DNA of 64,000 nucleotides from Eledone cirrhosa. Taxonomy: Eukaryota. Position numbers and translations under genes: made by a program. How positions within the stretch are numbered: the first letter of the stretch is position 1; every line of letters begins with the position of its first letter. Below, in pieces: positions 42,704 through 56,131 of the stretch. The notes beneath the pieces were generated by a model, which saw only the letters and a program-made list of their open reading frames with translations, made no database searches and was not told the origin of the DNA. The DNA lies in NCBI GenBank assembly GCA_964016885.1, contig OZ024743.1:49910001-49974000 (forward strand), given 5' to 3'.

Positions 42704-43090
42704 TCGGACGCCATGCTTTGACGCATAGAGTTACGGCCCTTGCTATTCTGAGTTCAAATCCCGCCGAGGTTAACTTTGCCTTTCATCCTTATGGGGTCGA
42801 TAAAATAAAGTACCAGTAATACACTGGGATAATTGCTGGCCTTGTGCCAAAAATAGAAACAATTATTATTGCTATTATTATTAGGATTGGCAGTATCAGT
42901 AGAGGGTCGGACGCCATGCTTTGCAGCAAAGAGTTACGACCCTTTACGTTCTGAGTTCAAATCACGTCGAGGTTAGCTTTACCATTCATCTTTACGGAGT
43001 AGATAAAACAAAGTACCAGTAATGCACTGGGATCGATTTAATCGACGTTCCCCTCCCCCAAAATTGTTGGCCTTGTGCCTATATAAGAAA
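42704..43090 (+). mobile_element. Two tandem tRNA-derived SINEs (42704-42861, 42883-43090)
   Basis: Both carry GAGTTCAAATC and the central domain; separated by an (ATT)n tail. Confidence 0.85.
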
Positions 43091-43099
43091 CCATTATTA

Positions 43100-44460
43100 T
43101 TGAAAGGCCGGGCGGAAGTGGCGAATGCGTACATCGCATCCGTCATCTGCTACCGCCTCACCGTCGTCCGCTGCCCCGACCCAACTCTCACCAAAATGGA
43201 GCGCCTCCTCTTCCGCTTTTTGTGGAAGGGACGCGCTCCCATGGTCAGATGATCCACCTGCCGTCAACACCCGTTGCGTGGAGGACTGGTCATGCCATGG
43301 CTGATGATGCGTAAACATGCGCTGAGGCTGCGACATCTCTGGTACTTCCTTGACGGTGAACAGGTGTGGTCGCCGTTCGCCAGGCACGTTTTCCCACAGC
43401 TCGTCTCCATGACGGAGCTGCAGTCCTGGGTCAGAAAAAGACCGAGGGATAGCGCTTGGAAACTGGAATGTCTCCAGGCGCTCACTGCCCTCTGCCAGCT
43501 GGGCACCAGTATCGGTGGATCATCCACCTCGGCGTTCTATAGAGGACTAGTGGGGTGGGGGACGTTCTTGGAGAGATCCTGGGCGTCGAAGAAGATCAGC
43601 TGTTTGCTCTCTCCCGGAGAACTTTCAGCCCAGGGCCTATGGATAACTCCCCAAAATCCCTGGCCTGGCAGTGCTACCGCGGAGTGCTGCCGGTTCGAGA
43701 TAAGTTCTACAGGCACGGAAGTGCCGTCAGCCGAGCCTGTCCGAGGTGCGCGCAGATCGACGAAACCGTCGTGCACGCACTCGTTCAGTTCCCGAGCATT
43801 GCTGACTTGTGGAGCTATGTCGAACAGTTGCTGTCGCGCGTAGGACTGATCCGGTTATCGACTGAGTCCATTGAGCAGATGGTCTCGCCGTCTTCCTTCG
43901 AGGAGGAAGGGCAGACGGTTTTCATCTGCCTGGTGGCCATGGCGAAAGAGATTGTGTGGTGGACAAGGTTGAAAGGGTTAAAGACAGACACTTTCCTCTT
44001 CGGCGAATCCCTAATTAACTTTTTCAAGCTTCACTAGAAGAGGAAAATCAGGGTGGAGAGGCAAATGCTGCCTTCTAGCAAGTTTGTTAAAAGGTGGGTG
44101 AATGTAGCGAGAATGGTCCGAGTGAACGGGACCGCACTGAATATACGTCTGTAGTTTGAAAGATGGAAAAAATTGAGAGAGGGCGCTTGCCCTGGTGGTC
44201 AGGGTGGCGGTGGTCTTTTGTGTGGTTTTCGCCACGAGTAACCCTCGGAGGTTTCCCCCCTTTTGGGGAATTTTTCATTGTTTCAATTTTCATTTTTATT
44301 GTTTATATATATATATATGTTTCTATGTCTTTTTTTCTTTTCTTGTATAAATAATAAAAATATTTACACGCATAAAAGCCACATCGTACCGTCCTGTACC
44401 GTCCTGTGCCGTCTGTAATGTTTTTCTTGATGTCAACCCTTGTGGTCAATAAAGAAATCA
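43100..44460 (+). mobile_element. 5'-truncated L1/Tx1-clade LINE with 3' UTR, AATAAA and (ATT)n tail
   Basis: LKGRAEVAN..YRL..FRFLWKG..GGL.MP; AWQCYRGVLPV..CPRCAQIDETVVHAL (zf-RVT-like); stop at ~43249 and a frameshift. Confidence 0.88.
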
Positions 44461-44484
44461 TTATTATTATTATTACTATTATTG

Positions 44485-45158
44485 TTCTTTGAGTCTCAGT
44501 CATTGATGTTATTTAACTGGAAAGTTTGTTGAAATGAATATCAAGCCACTACCTGCAGCCTCAGATATTCAGGACGTATCGGAGGGTTCTTGCTGTTCCC
44601 AGCAAGCATGCCTTTTGAAGCATTCCAAAAAGCGGAGCGGGGCCAATTTTCTTTAACCATCCCTGGAAACCTTTTGAGATAGTCCCTAGTGCGCCTATGA
44701 CAATCGGCACCACTTTGACTTCATGGCAGTTCCAAATCCTTTTTACCTCCCACTTTAAGTCCTGGTATCGGTTAATTTTCTCCCTCTCCTTCTCTTGCAC
44801 TCTCGTGTCGAATGGGCAAGCCACATCCACAATGAGGCACGATCTTTTTTTTTTGTCCAAAACCACCAGGTCAGGTCTATTGTGTTCCAGTTTCTTGTCC
44901 GTCTGTATCCTAAAATCCCACAGCACCTTCACCTGATCCTTTTCTATCACCGACTCTGGTTTATGCTCATACCACTTCTCAGAATGTGGTAAATTGTTTA
45001 CTTTGCATAGGTGCCAGTGGATCACCTTGCCCATCACATCATGTCTCCAGCCCTTATAGTGAGTCTGGGCTAGGTGTTTACACTCGGATACAATGTGAGC
45101 CACAGTCTCCTCTCTCTCTCCACAGATCCTGCACAGTGGGCTAGCCTCCTTCTTGTAA
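44485..45158 (-). mobile_element. 5'-truncated Dong/R4 LINE inserted in (TAA)n
   Basis: CRIC..ETVAHIVSEC..RHD..LWDFRIQTDKKLEHNRPDLVV..DVACP..EKINRYQDL..PIVIGALG; (TTA)n on both flanks; frame open. Confidence 0.93.
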
Positions 45159-45913
45159 ATTATTATTATTATTATTTATATTACTAAGATATCTTAGGTG
45201 AAGGTAAATGAACGTAGGGTGGGAGTGGGTAGAGGAATATAATGAATTCTGTTGTTGATATTGTTTTGCTTGTTTGTTTTGTTAATTTCATCATCGATTG
45301 CATGTAAATATCCACTGTCTCCGCCTTCGTATGTTCACACATTCATATTTACATACATACACACACACATGATGGCTGCAACTCTATTTCGAGTAATGCC
45401 ATTGCTTTAAACTTAATTATGAGCATTACGGATGTGACTTTTTAGTCCTGCCAGGGACTTGCCTATGGCCAGCAATGCCATGCATCGCAAAAATGTCACA
45501 TATCAAGCGATGCCTGTGCTTGAAGCTTTTTTAAGTGAGGAAAGGTTTTGCACGGAGCCAGTTCCACTCTCTGAACATTGAATGGATTTGCCGAAAATGA
45601 AGAACTGGTCTACATCATTGGATGCAAATGAAGTCGCAGGATTTATATCAGAGTTACCTTCTCCTAGAGAGATGTCTTAATGAAGAACAGGGGTCTCTCG
45701 CTCCACGAAAAAAACTTTATTGTCTGGCCGTTGACTCTCCTGCTCCGCACTTTGACGGGTTTTGTTTTGCATCCTGCAGGGTGTCCAAATTCCCCCTTGG
45801 TGAGGTTGCCGGTTTAATCGCCGACGACGCGACTATGCACAGGTCGTCGTACATGGTTACATATTACCAGTAGCGCTGAAGCTCGACCTGTCACACATAC
45901 ATACATACATACA

Positions 45914-45947
<34 letters not shown>

Positions 45948-45949
45948 CA

Positions 45950-45983
<34 letters not shown>

Positions 45984-46001
45984 CATACATACATACATAC
46001 C

Positions 46002-46407
46002 ACAACTAGTTAAGAAATTACAAGTACAATCCATTAATGGAGCAGCAAACATATGTAAAACATTCGAAGATTTTGCATCTAATAACTGCATATACACATG
46101 TACAGATGCAAAGCATATACACATGCACACATACAACTCAAAACATACACATCCACACATACAATAACATCGATATCTACACATGCATGCATGCATACAT
46201 ACATATCTACCTAGTTGATGTTGTGTAAATTCCAATGAGAGAGTCTTGTGTCCAAAATCACCCTCCTCACCAAGTAAACTTGGGGGGGGGGGGTTGCCGG
46301 TTTAGTCGCCGACGACCCGACCATGGGACAGGTTGTACTGAGTTACATGTTACCTGTAGCACTCAAGAGTCACCCGACATACATACATACATACATACAT
46401 ACATACA

Positions 46408-46441
<34 letters not shown>

Positions 46442-46987
46442 CATACATACATACATACATACATACATACATACATACATACACAGTAGTGGAAATTAGC
46501 TGCCCAGCAGATGCCTATATAATATCAAAGATTAGTGAAAAGGAGAATATTTATGCAGAACTGATGAGAAATCTGCAGATACTCCACCCTGATTACACCT
46601 TCAGGTTTATGCCTGTGATTATTGGGGCACTGGGATACAATACAAATCTTGAGAAGCTAGGCTTCACAGGAACAGAAAGAACACAACTAGTTAGGAAATT
46701 ACAAGTACAATCCATTAATAGAACAGTAAAAATATGTAAAACATTCCAAAAATTGTGCATCTAATAACTGCATATACACATGTACAGATGCAAAGCATAT
46801 ACACATGCACACTTACAACTCAAAACATACACCTCCACACATACAATAACATCCATATCTACACATGCAGACATACATATCTACCCACTGTTGTGTAAAT
46901 TCCAATGAGAGAGTCTTGTGTCTATGTTAGAAACCGACTCTCTCTCTCTATTGGTAAAACTTTGTGAAATTATAAAACCAGAAGAAC
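46002..46987 (+). mobile_element. Two 3' fragments of the R4-like family of 10522-11470 (46002-46252; 46486-46987), with an RTE-element head (46250-46378, minus) between them
   Basis: VEISCPADAYIISKISEKENIY..PVIIGALG..KICKTFQK; (TACA)n flanks. Confidence 0.85.
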
Positions 46988-47012
46988 ATACATACATACA
47001 TACATACATACA

Positions 47013-47046
<34 letters not shown>

Positions 47047-48090
47047 CATACGTACGTACATACATACATACATCCATATATACATACATACATACATACA
47101 TACATACATACATACATACATACATACATACATACATAGTTGCTGCCAACTCGTTCTCGAGTACGGCCACTACTTTATATCCATGTAGGAGAAGCCCTAT
47201 CGATGCGCTGAACGAGTGTGACTTTTTAGTCCAGCCAGCGACTTGAAAGCTCTGGTACAAACACTACACTTGTGACAATTATTGACACATAGTGCTGGGC
47301 CCATGGTACATACATACATACATACATACATACATACATACATACATACATACATACATACATACATACATACATACATACATACATACATGCTGATCAT
47401 ATAACAGTTTACCACCTCTCCATACAGCTCTTTATATTATTGAAGTCTGCATGGCTTAGATAACTGTGAAGAGACAAGGCAATGTTGCTCCATAGTCTGG
47501 TTTGCTTCTCCACATTGTCAGATAGGGTCTGAACCAGTCTTGTAGGTACATCTGACCAGCTTTTGATAGTAAAACATGAATACACTGATGGACCATTCAG
47601 GGACGTATCATGCAGTATGACAGTCTTTTCACTACCAAATCTACGTCTCTACGCCCACAGATGTTTATAATACGATGATGCTTTTGTTGTCCTTGAGTTT
47701 GGTTTATTTAGAGATGTAGTTATGCGTTAAGATGTGTTGCTATGGTAATTAATGCCCGTAGTGATAGGATGAAAAGTATTCATTAATAAAGATTGTTCTG
47801 ATTGTCATTATTGATAAAGAAACAACACAATAGATAGTTTGTTCTGCTAAGACAACACTGCTATTTACTTAGCCAAGTCACTTCACTCAGGTTTATTTAC
47901 AACAATAATCAACTACACACACACGATCCATACATACATACATACATACATATATATACATACATACATACATGCATACATACATACATACATACATACA
48001 TACATACATACATACATACATACATACATACATACATACATACATACATACATACGTACATACATACATATATACATACATATATACATA

Positions 48091-48680
48091 TATGGTGGCT
48101 GCCAACTCGTTTTCGAGTACGGCCACTACTTTATATCCATGTAGGAGAACCCCTACCGATGCGCTGAACGAGTGTAACTTTTTAGTCCAGCCAGCGACTT
48201 GAAAACTCTGGTACAAACACTACACTTGTGACAATCATTGACACATAGTGCTGGGCCCATGGTACCATGTGACGACAAGTGCAGAGAGATCTCCAGATAT
48301 ACAGCAATGTCTGTGCCATGAAGCTTTTATAGTGAGCAAAGGCACTGCACAAAGCCAGTCCCACTCTCTTAACCAAGATGATATTTACCAAAAAGAAGAA
48401 CAAGTCAACATCATTGGATACCATCAGGGTTGCAGGTGTTATATCAGAGTTTTCCTTCTCCTAGAATTCTGCCTTGACAAAGGCTAAGGGGTCATCTCTC
48501 CCGGTGATTTTGGATGGCCATTGACTCTTAAGAGCTCCTTTGCCCTTTGACAGGTTTTGTTTTTAGTCTTGCAGGATGTCTAAAGTCACCCTCCTCACCA
48601 AGAAACCTTGGTGGGGCTGCCAGTTTAGTCGCCAACGACCCGACCATGAGACAGGTTGTACTGGGATACATGTTACCAGA
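48091..48680 (-). mobile_element. Near full-length non-autonomous RTE-derived element, family A
   Basis: Structured head joined to the RTE C-terminal zinc-finger/3' tail in ~600 bp. Confidence 0.8.
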
Positions 48681-48970
48681 AATTCCTGGTTAACTTGGGT
48701 TGGAGAACTTTCTCGCATTCGTCTGTCTGTGTCATATACATATATACATACATACATATACATATATACATTCATACATACATACATATATACATACATA
48801 CATACATACATAAATACATACATACATATATAGCTGGCACCTTCAAAATTTGCAAAACATTCTTGCGATTCAAGGGATGATTATTTCCTTTCCTTTACAA
48901 CCTTGCCACCAGGGAGGTGGCCGGTCAAATATATACTCGAAATTAAGAGAAAGAGGTAACATATATATAC

Positions 48971-49504
48971 ATGATGGCTGTCCCTCGTTATCGAGTATGG
49001 CCATTGCACGATATACCATTATTAATAATTATTAATTAATTATATCGTGCAATGCCTGTGCGTGAAGATATTTTTAAAGTGAGGAAAGACTGTGCACTGA
49101 GCCAATCCCACTCTCTTAGCGACAGTAACGCTACCCTGAAAAGAAGAAGAGATCAACATCATCGGTAACTACTGAGCCGCAGGTTTTATATCGGAGTTAT
49201 CCTAGTTTCCTGAGTTGGCTTCTCCAAGAAGAATGCCCTGACAAAGGCTAGGGGTCCTTCACTCACAGTGGTTTAACAGCGCGGTACATGTGTATATACA
49301 TATTTACACTTTCGGATGGCCGTTGACTCTTATGAGTTCTTCGGCCTTTTGTCAGGTTTTGCTTTTTGTCCTGCAGGATGTCCAAAATCCTCCTCCTCAC
49401 CAAGTAAACTTGGTGGGGTTGCCGGTTTAGTCGCCGACGACTCGACCATACGACAGGTTGTCCTGGGTTACATGTTACCAGTGGCACTCAAGAGTGACCC
49501 GACA
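48971..49504 (-). mobile_element. Full-length non-autonomous RTE-derived element, family B
   Basis: Same head as family A, different 3' end; TACA-type flanks. Confidence 0.78.
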
Positions 49505-49578
49505 TATATACATACATACATGCATGCATACATACATAAACACACACACACGAGCGCGCACACACACACATACACATA

Positions 49579-49760
49579 TACAAGGGTCGGCTGAAAAGTT
49601 GATAGGCTGACAATGAAGGAGTGATGCTAGAGCTGTGAAATCGTGTATCTCTTTATTCATAACTACCTTGTTTCTTTCCAGGGACTGTGTTGAGAAACAA
49701 ATCTCATCTGTTCATTAGAGTATCTTGATCAGCTTACCAACTTCTCAGTTGACTCTCGTG
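49579..49760. mobile_element. ~180-bp mariner-type MITE
   Basis: Imperfect TIRs TACAAGGGTCGGCTGAAAAGTTGATAGGCTGA versus revcomp CACGAGAGTCAACTGAGAAGTTGGTAAGCTGA. Confidence 0.7.
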
Positions 49761-50125
49761 TGTATATATATATATATATATATAGTGGTAGAACACCGGG
49801 AGGTTATATCCGTAGTAAGTAGAGCACTCAATATATATATATTGGAAAATGTGTGAGATCCTTGGTACAGTTAGGTATATTTGAAAAAAAGGAAAAGAAT
49901 GACTTCACTTGTAGTGTTAAAACATTTTGGGGGATTTAATTTTATAATATTATAATATTATGAGTTGGTAGATCCAGTAAGATCTTTGTTAACTTCGGTG
50001 GGAAGAATTTTAGAGGTTCCTGGTTAACTTGGGTTGGAGAACTTTCTCGCATTCGTGTGTCTGTGTCGATTGTCAATTATAAAATAACAGGAAACTGGAC
50101 TGGTGTAATTCCTTATAAGTTTATT

Positions 50126-50183
50126 ATACTATGAACATTTCAATGACCGGGTTCAGTATGAATCCGGTGACATCATCAGGTAT
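50126..50183 (-). ncRNA. Complete type-I hammerhead ribozyme
   Basis: Minus strand: ATAC CTGATGA TGTC-ACCGG-A-TTCA-TAC-TGAA-C-CCGGT-CATT GAAA TG-TT-CA TA GTAT, then AATAAA. Confidence 0.8.
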
Positions 50184-50321
50184 TCCCAAATGTATCCAAC
50201 AAAGTAATATAATAATAGACACAATCCAAGGGGCTGAAAAACAGAGAGAGATGCACAAGACGCGAAGGCGGCCAAAAAGTAGCAGTTACTAGTCTGGGTG
50301 GCCGCCTTCAATGTATATATA

Positions 50322-50520
50322 TAGAAGTGGTTACACAACAGTTAGTTCACCATACCGAGAACGATTGTTTCACCTTAGCGGATCCGCGTAGCTGAGGATC
50401 CGCTAAGGTGAAACAATTCTTCTCGGTATGGTGAACTAACTGTTGTGTAACCACTTCTACCTAACTCGTCCCATAGACTGAGTGCTCTACCACTACGGAT
50501 ATTACCATCCAGTGTTCTAC

Positions 50521-50523
<3 letters not shown>
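50322..50523 (+). mobile_element. Fold-back Penelope-like terminal fragment with hammerhead core (CTGAGGA 50392-50398, GAAA 50410-50413)
   Basis: Arms 50322-50385 / 50396-50459; AG CTGAGGA TCC-GCTAA-GGT GAAA C; 3' tail related to 49785-49830. Confidence 0.7.
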
Positions 50524-50595
<72 letters not shown>

Positions 50596-50886
50596 GTGTG
50601 TGTGTGCGTTTAGGTTTGCAAGCACGAGGAAAGAATGCTCAATACCAAAGTAGAATATATATTCCACTATGCTGCTACCGTGAGTTTCACGAAACACCAG
50701 TGATCGTGCAACTAGGAATGACTTTTATATGAATAGTATCTAAGGTCCCGTAACTATTGATAGAGTCGTAAGGGCGCCGTATTGACATACGGTGTTCCTT
50801 GTGCATTTTTAAAGTCTGGCGGAGCCCATCTCCCTCCAGGCCTGAGTACTGCAGATTTCCTTGAGAGAGAGGAAGAATCGACCCTA

Positions 50887-53410
50887 GTACTAGCCCGGTA
50901 CTTTTTTATCGACCTCGAAATTATGAAAAGCAAAGTTGACCTCGGCGGGATTTTTGAACACAGAGATCAGAGAGCCGGAACAGATGCCATAAAGCATTCT
51001 ATCTGACGTTCTAACGACTGTCATTCTATCTGACGTTCTAACGACTGCCATTCTATCTGACGTTCTAACGACTGTCATTCTATCCGACGTTCTAACGACT
51101 GCCATTCTATCTGACGTTCTAACGACTGTCATTCTATCTGACGTTATAACGACTGTCATTCTATCTGACGTTCTAACGACTGTCATTCTATCTGACGTTC
51201 TAACGACTGCCATTCTATCTGACGTTCTAACGACTGTCATTCTATCCGACGTTCTAACGACTGCCATTCTATCTGACGTTCTAACGACTGTCATTCTATC
51301 TGACGTTCTAACGACTGTCATTCTATCTGACGTTCTAACGACTGTCATTCTATCTGAAGTTCTAACGACTGTCATTCTATCTGACGTTATAACGACTGTC
51401 ATTCTATCTGACGTTCTAACGACTGTCATTCTATCCGATGTTCTAACGACTGTCATTCTATCTGACGTTCTAACGACTGTCATTCTATCTGACGTTATAA
51501 CGACTGCCATTATATCTGATGTTCTAACGACTGTCATTCTATCTGACGTTATAACGACTGCCATTCTATTTGACGTTCTAACGACTGTCATTCTATCTGA
51601 CGTTCTAACGACTGCCATTCTATCTGACGTTCTAACGACTGTCGTCTATCCGACGTTCTAACGACTGTCATTCTATCTGACGTTATAACGACTGTCATTC
51701 TATCTGACGTTATAACGACTGCCATTCTATCTGACGTTCTAACGACTGTCATTCTATCCGACGTTCTAACGACTGTCATTCTATCTGACGTTATAACGAC
51801 TGTCATTCTATCTGACGTTATAACGACTGTCATTCTATCTGATGTTCTAACGACTGTCATACTATCCGACGTTCTAACGACTGTCATTCTATCTGACGTT
51901 ATAACGACTGTCATTCTATCTGACGTTATAACGACTGCCATTCTATCTGACGTTCTAACGACTGTCATTCTATCCGACGTTCTAACGACTGTCATTCTAT
52001 CCGACGTTCTAACGACTGCCATTCTATCTGACGTTCTAACGACTGTCATTCTATCTGACGTTATAACGACTGTCATTCTATCTGACGTTCTAACGACTGT
52101 CATTCTATCTGACGTTCTAACGACTGCCATTCTATCTGACGTTCTAACGACTGTCATTCTATCCGACGTTCTAACGACTGCCATTCTATCTGACGTTCTA
52201 ACGACTGTCATTCTATCTGACGTTCTAACGACTGTCATTCTATCTGACGTTCTAACGACTGTCATTCTATCTGAAGTTCTAACGACTGTCATTCTATCTG
52301 ACGTTATAACGACTGTCATTCTATCTGACGTTCTAACGACTGTCATTCTATCCGATGTTCTAACGACTGTCATTCTATCTGACGTTCTAACGACTGTCAT
52401 TCTATCTGACGTTATAACGACTGCCATTATATCTGATGTTCTAACGACTGTCATTCAATCTGACGTTATAACGACTGCCATTCTATCTGACGTTCTAACG
52501 ACTGTCATTCTATCTGACGTTCTAACGACTGCCATTCTATCTGACGTTCTAACGACTGTCGTCTATCCGACGTTCTAACGACTGTCATTCTATCTGACGT
52601 TATAACGACTGTCATTCTATCTGACGTTATAACGACTGCCATTCTATCTGACGTTCTAACGACTGTCATTCTATCCGACGTTCTAACGACTGTCATTCTA
52701 TCTGACGTTATAACGACTGTCATTCTATCTGACGTTATAACGACTGTCATTCTATCTGACGTTCTAACGACTGTCATACTATCCGACGTTCTAACGACTG
52801 TCATTCTATCTGACGTTATAACGACTGTCATTCTATCTGACGTTATAACGACTGCCATTCTATCTGACGTTCTAACGACTGTCATTCTATCCGACGTTCT
52901 AACGACTGCCATTCTATCTGACGTTCTAACGACTGTCATTCTATCTGAAGTTCTAACGACTGTCATTCTATCTGACGTTATAACGACTGTCATTCTATCT
53001 GACGTTCTAACGACTGTCATTCTATCCGACGTTCTAACGACTGTCATTCTATCTGACGTTCTAACGACTGTCATTCTATCTGACGTTCTAACGACTGTCA
53101 TTCTATCTGACGTTCTAACGACTGTCATTCTATCTGACGTTCTAACGACTGCCATTCTATATGACGTTCTAACGACTGTCATTCTATCTGACGTTCTAAC
53201 GACTGTCATTCTATCTGACGTTATAACGACTGTCATTCTATCTGACGTTCTAACGACTGTCATTCTATCTGACGTTCTAACGACTCTTATTCTATCTGAC
53301 GTTCTAACGACTGTCATTCTATTTGACGTTCTAACGACTGTCATTCTATCTGACGTTCTAACGACTGTCATTCTATCTGACGTTTTACCCACTCTGCCAA
53401 TTCGCCGCCT
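50887..53410 (-). mobile_element. tRNA-SINE split by an internal satellite expansion
   Basis: 5' end GGCGGCGAATTGGCAGAGTGGGTAAAACGTCAGATAGAATG at ~53410-53370; B-box and central domain at ~50995-50887. Confidence 0.75.
50994..53385. repeat. 27-bp satellite, ~88 copies, with a 917-bp higher-order repeat
   Basis: Unit CATTCTATCTGACGTTCTAACGACTGT; rare variants recur 917 bp apart. Confidence 0.96.
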
Positions 53411-53612
53411 ATATGAAGAGTATATATGGCAAATATAATGGGAGTTGCTGTAATAATAATAAATGAAATGAGGCTGACAGTTTTTCTAAACATTCATTTT
53501 ACAGATCACATATTTTCACATATATAAATACATACATGGAAAACTGCATATGTATATACATACACATATTCTTACAAACAGACACAACTATGCAGATTAG
53601 TACACACGTATC

Positions 53613-53725
<113 letters not shown>

Positions 53726-54239
53726 TCTCACACGTATACAGAATATGTATCAAACAATTACATACACATACAAACGCACAAGTACGCAATCACGTCACCA
53801 CAATTCATTTTCATACTTTATCCTTTTATGCATTTAGGCAGGAAATGGTAGATGTAAAGGATACCTCGTATATAACCAGAGATAGCACTCAGCAATCTAA
53901 GGCTGAGATCTCAATATATTACAAATGTAATGTAAACTAAATAGAGATGAAGTTAAAGGTACAAACAGTCTATTAAAACTACATTGCTTATATAAATGTA
54001 TTTGTTATACATACTGAGCATGCTTATGCAACATTCTTTAAAATGAAACAGGAAAATATAGAATAAATATGATTTATATATAATATGTAATTTGAATATG
54101 TTATACATAAACACACACTTGTGTATATTTTATATATACAATCCCATGCATAAGTCATCATATATACACAATTACGAGTTCTTATTTGCAAACGCGAACA
54201 TACATGTCTGTCTGTGTATAAATGCACAAACATATAAGG

Positions 54240-55065
54240 ATATAGAGAGCGGGAGAGAATTTGTTGGTTTAGTGAGAGAGGGGAATTAAGAGAGTGATAA
54301 AGAGTGAGGCATGTAGTGGAATATAGAGAGGGGGAGAGAATTTTGTGGTCTAGTGAGAGAGGCGGATTTGTGAGAGAGAGTGAGATATGTATTGGAATAT
54401 AGGGAGGAGGGATTTATTAACCTAGTGAGAGAGGTGAGAGTTTATTTGCCTAGTGAGAGAGGGGGAGTTAAGAGAGTGAGGTATGTAGTGGAATATAAAG
54501 AGAGGGAGAACATTTGGTGTTTTAATGAGAGATGAGGAATTGTGAGAGAGTGTGAGATATGTTGTGGGATATAGAGAGGGGAGAGTATTTGTTAGTTTAT
54601 TTTAGCGGAGTAATTAAGAGAGTGAAAGAGAGTGAGGTATGTAGTGAAATATAGAGAGGGGAGAGGGAATTTAGTGGTCAAGTGAGAGAGGGGAATTATG
54701 AGAGAGAATGAGGTATGTAGTGGTATAGAGTGAGAGGGAGAGAATATTTTGTTTTAGTGAGAGAGGGAGAATTTTTAGAGTGAGTGAGGTATGTAGTGAG
54801 TTATAGAGAGGGGGAGTGAATTTGGTGGTCTAGTGAGAGAGGGGAAATTGTGAGAGAATGAGGTAAGTAGTGGTATAGAGTGAAAGGCAGAAAGTTTGTT
54901 GGTTTAGTGAGAGAGGGGGAATTGTGAGTGAGAGTCAGGTATGTAGTCGGATATAGAGAGGGGGAAAGAGTTTGGTGGTTTAGTGAGAGAGGGAAAATGT
55001 TGGTCTAGTGAGAGAGAATGAGGCATGTAGCGGTTAGAGAGGGGGAGAGAGGTAATATTTGGAGA
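54240..55065. repeat. Old degenerate GA-rich minisatellite (~80-90 bp period)
   Basis: Recurrent GAGGTATGTAGTGG..ATAGAGAGGG..TAGTGAGAGAGGGG. Confidence 0.8.
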
Positions 55066-55742
55066 GAGACAAAATAATTGTAGGAGGGAAGAACAATGTT
55101 TTACTATTGGGTTTCACAGTAAAGTGTGTGTGTATATGAATATATATATGTGTGTGTATGTGTGTGTGTGTGTGTGTACCTGTGTGCTTGCATATGTGTT
55201 TGCGTGTGCGTGTATATGTGTGTGTGCGTGTTTGTATATATATATATATTTATATATATATATATAAATATGCATGTGTGTGTGTGTGTGTGTGTGTACC
55301 TGTGTGCGTGTATATGTGTGTGTGCGTGTTTGTATATATATATATATATATATATAAATATGCATGCGTGTTTGTGTATTTATGTTTGTGAAAGCGCGTG
55401 GTTAGTGTATACACGCATATATACAGCGGACTGAGCTCTGCTTTACATATATACCCACATATATACAGCGGACTGAGCTCTGCTTTACATATATGCCCAC
55501 ACATTCACACAAATGTTGTATTAAAAGAAAACCCGTATATGATGAGAGTGTTTTGGACCGACCACGGTCTGAACAACGCTGACAGCTATCCTAAAAGAAA
55601 AACAAGACAACATTGGTTGCCCTCGAATCGTAGGTTTTACATCAGTTTTTCTACTAGAAAGATGTTCTAACAACATCTAGGGGTCTCTCAGTCCCGGTCA
55701 GCTAAACGTATATTTCCATCTCCCCGCGCATACATATATACG

Positions 55743-56131
55743 TGATGGTTGCAAACTCTGCTAACAGTGCTGCAATCGCTTATCAGATTATAGAATTTGG
55801 TGCACTTTTAGGCTACCGCCAGCCACACAAACCTGTAACATATCCTGAACAAGCAATGCATGTGCTTTGAAGGTTTTTTAAGTGGGGAAAAGCCTAGCAG
55901 GGTTTTCTTTTCAGAGTTTCCCTCTCTTAGAAAGGTATTATGTCAGGTCGCTCTCGAGTGCTACTGGTAACATGTAACCCAGTACAACCTGTCTCATGGT
56001 CGGGTCGTCGGCGAGTAAACCGGCAACCCCACCAAGCTAGCTTGGTGAGGAGGGTGATATTTGGACACCCTGTGGGATGAAATACAAGACCTGGCAAAGG
56101 GTGGAAGAACTCAGCAGAGCCAACGGCCATC
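55743..56131. mobile_element. Diverged RTE-derived element with inverted 5' head
   Basis: 55743-55925 has the minus-orientation 3' part; 55941-56131 has the head in plus orientation. Confidence 0.65.

Noticed and set aside
50890-53392. MTVVRTSDR repeat protein
   Set aside because: Translation of a SINE-derived 27-bp satellite broken by 26-bp units
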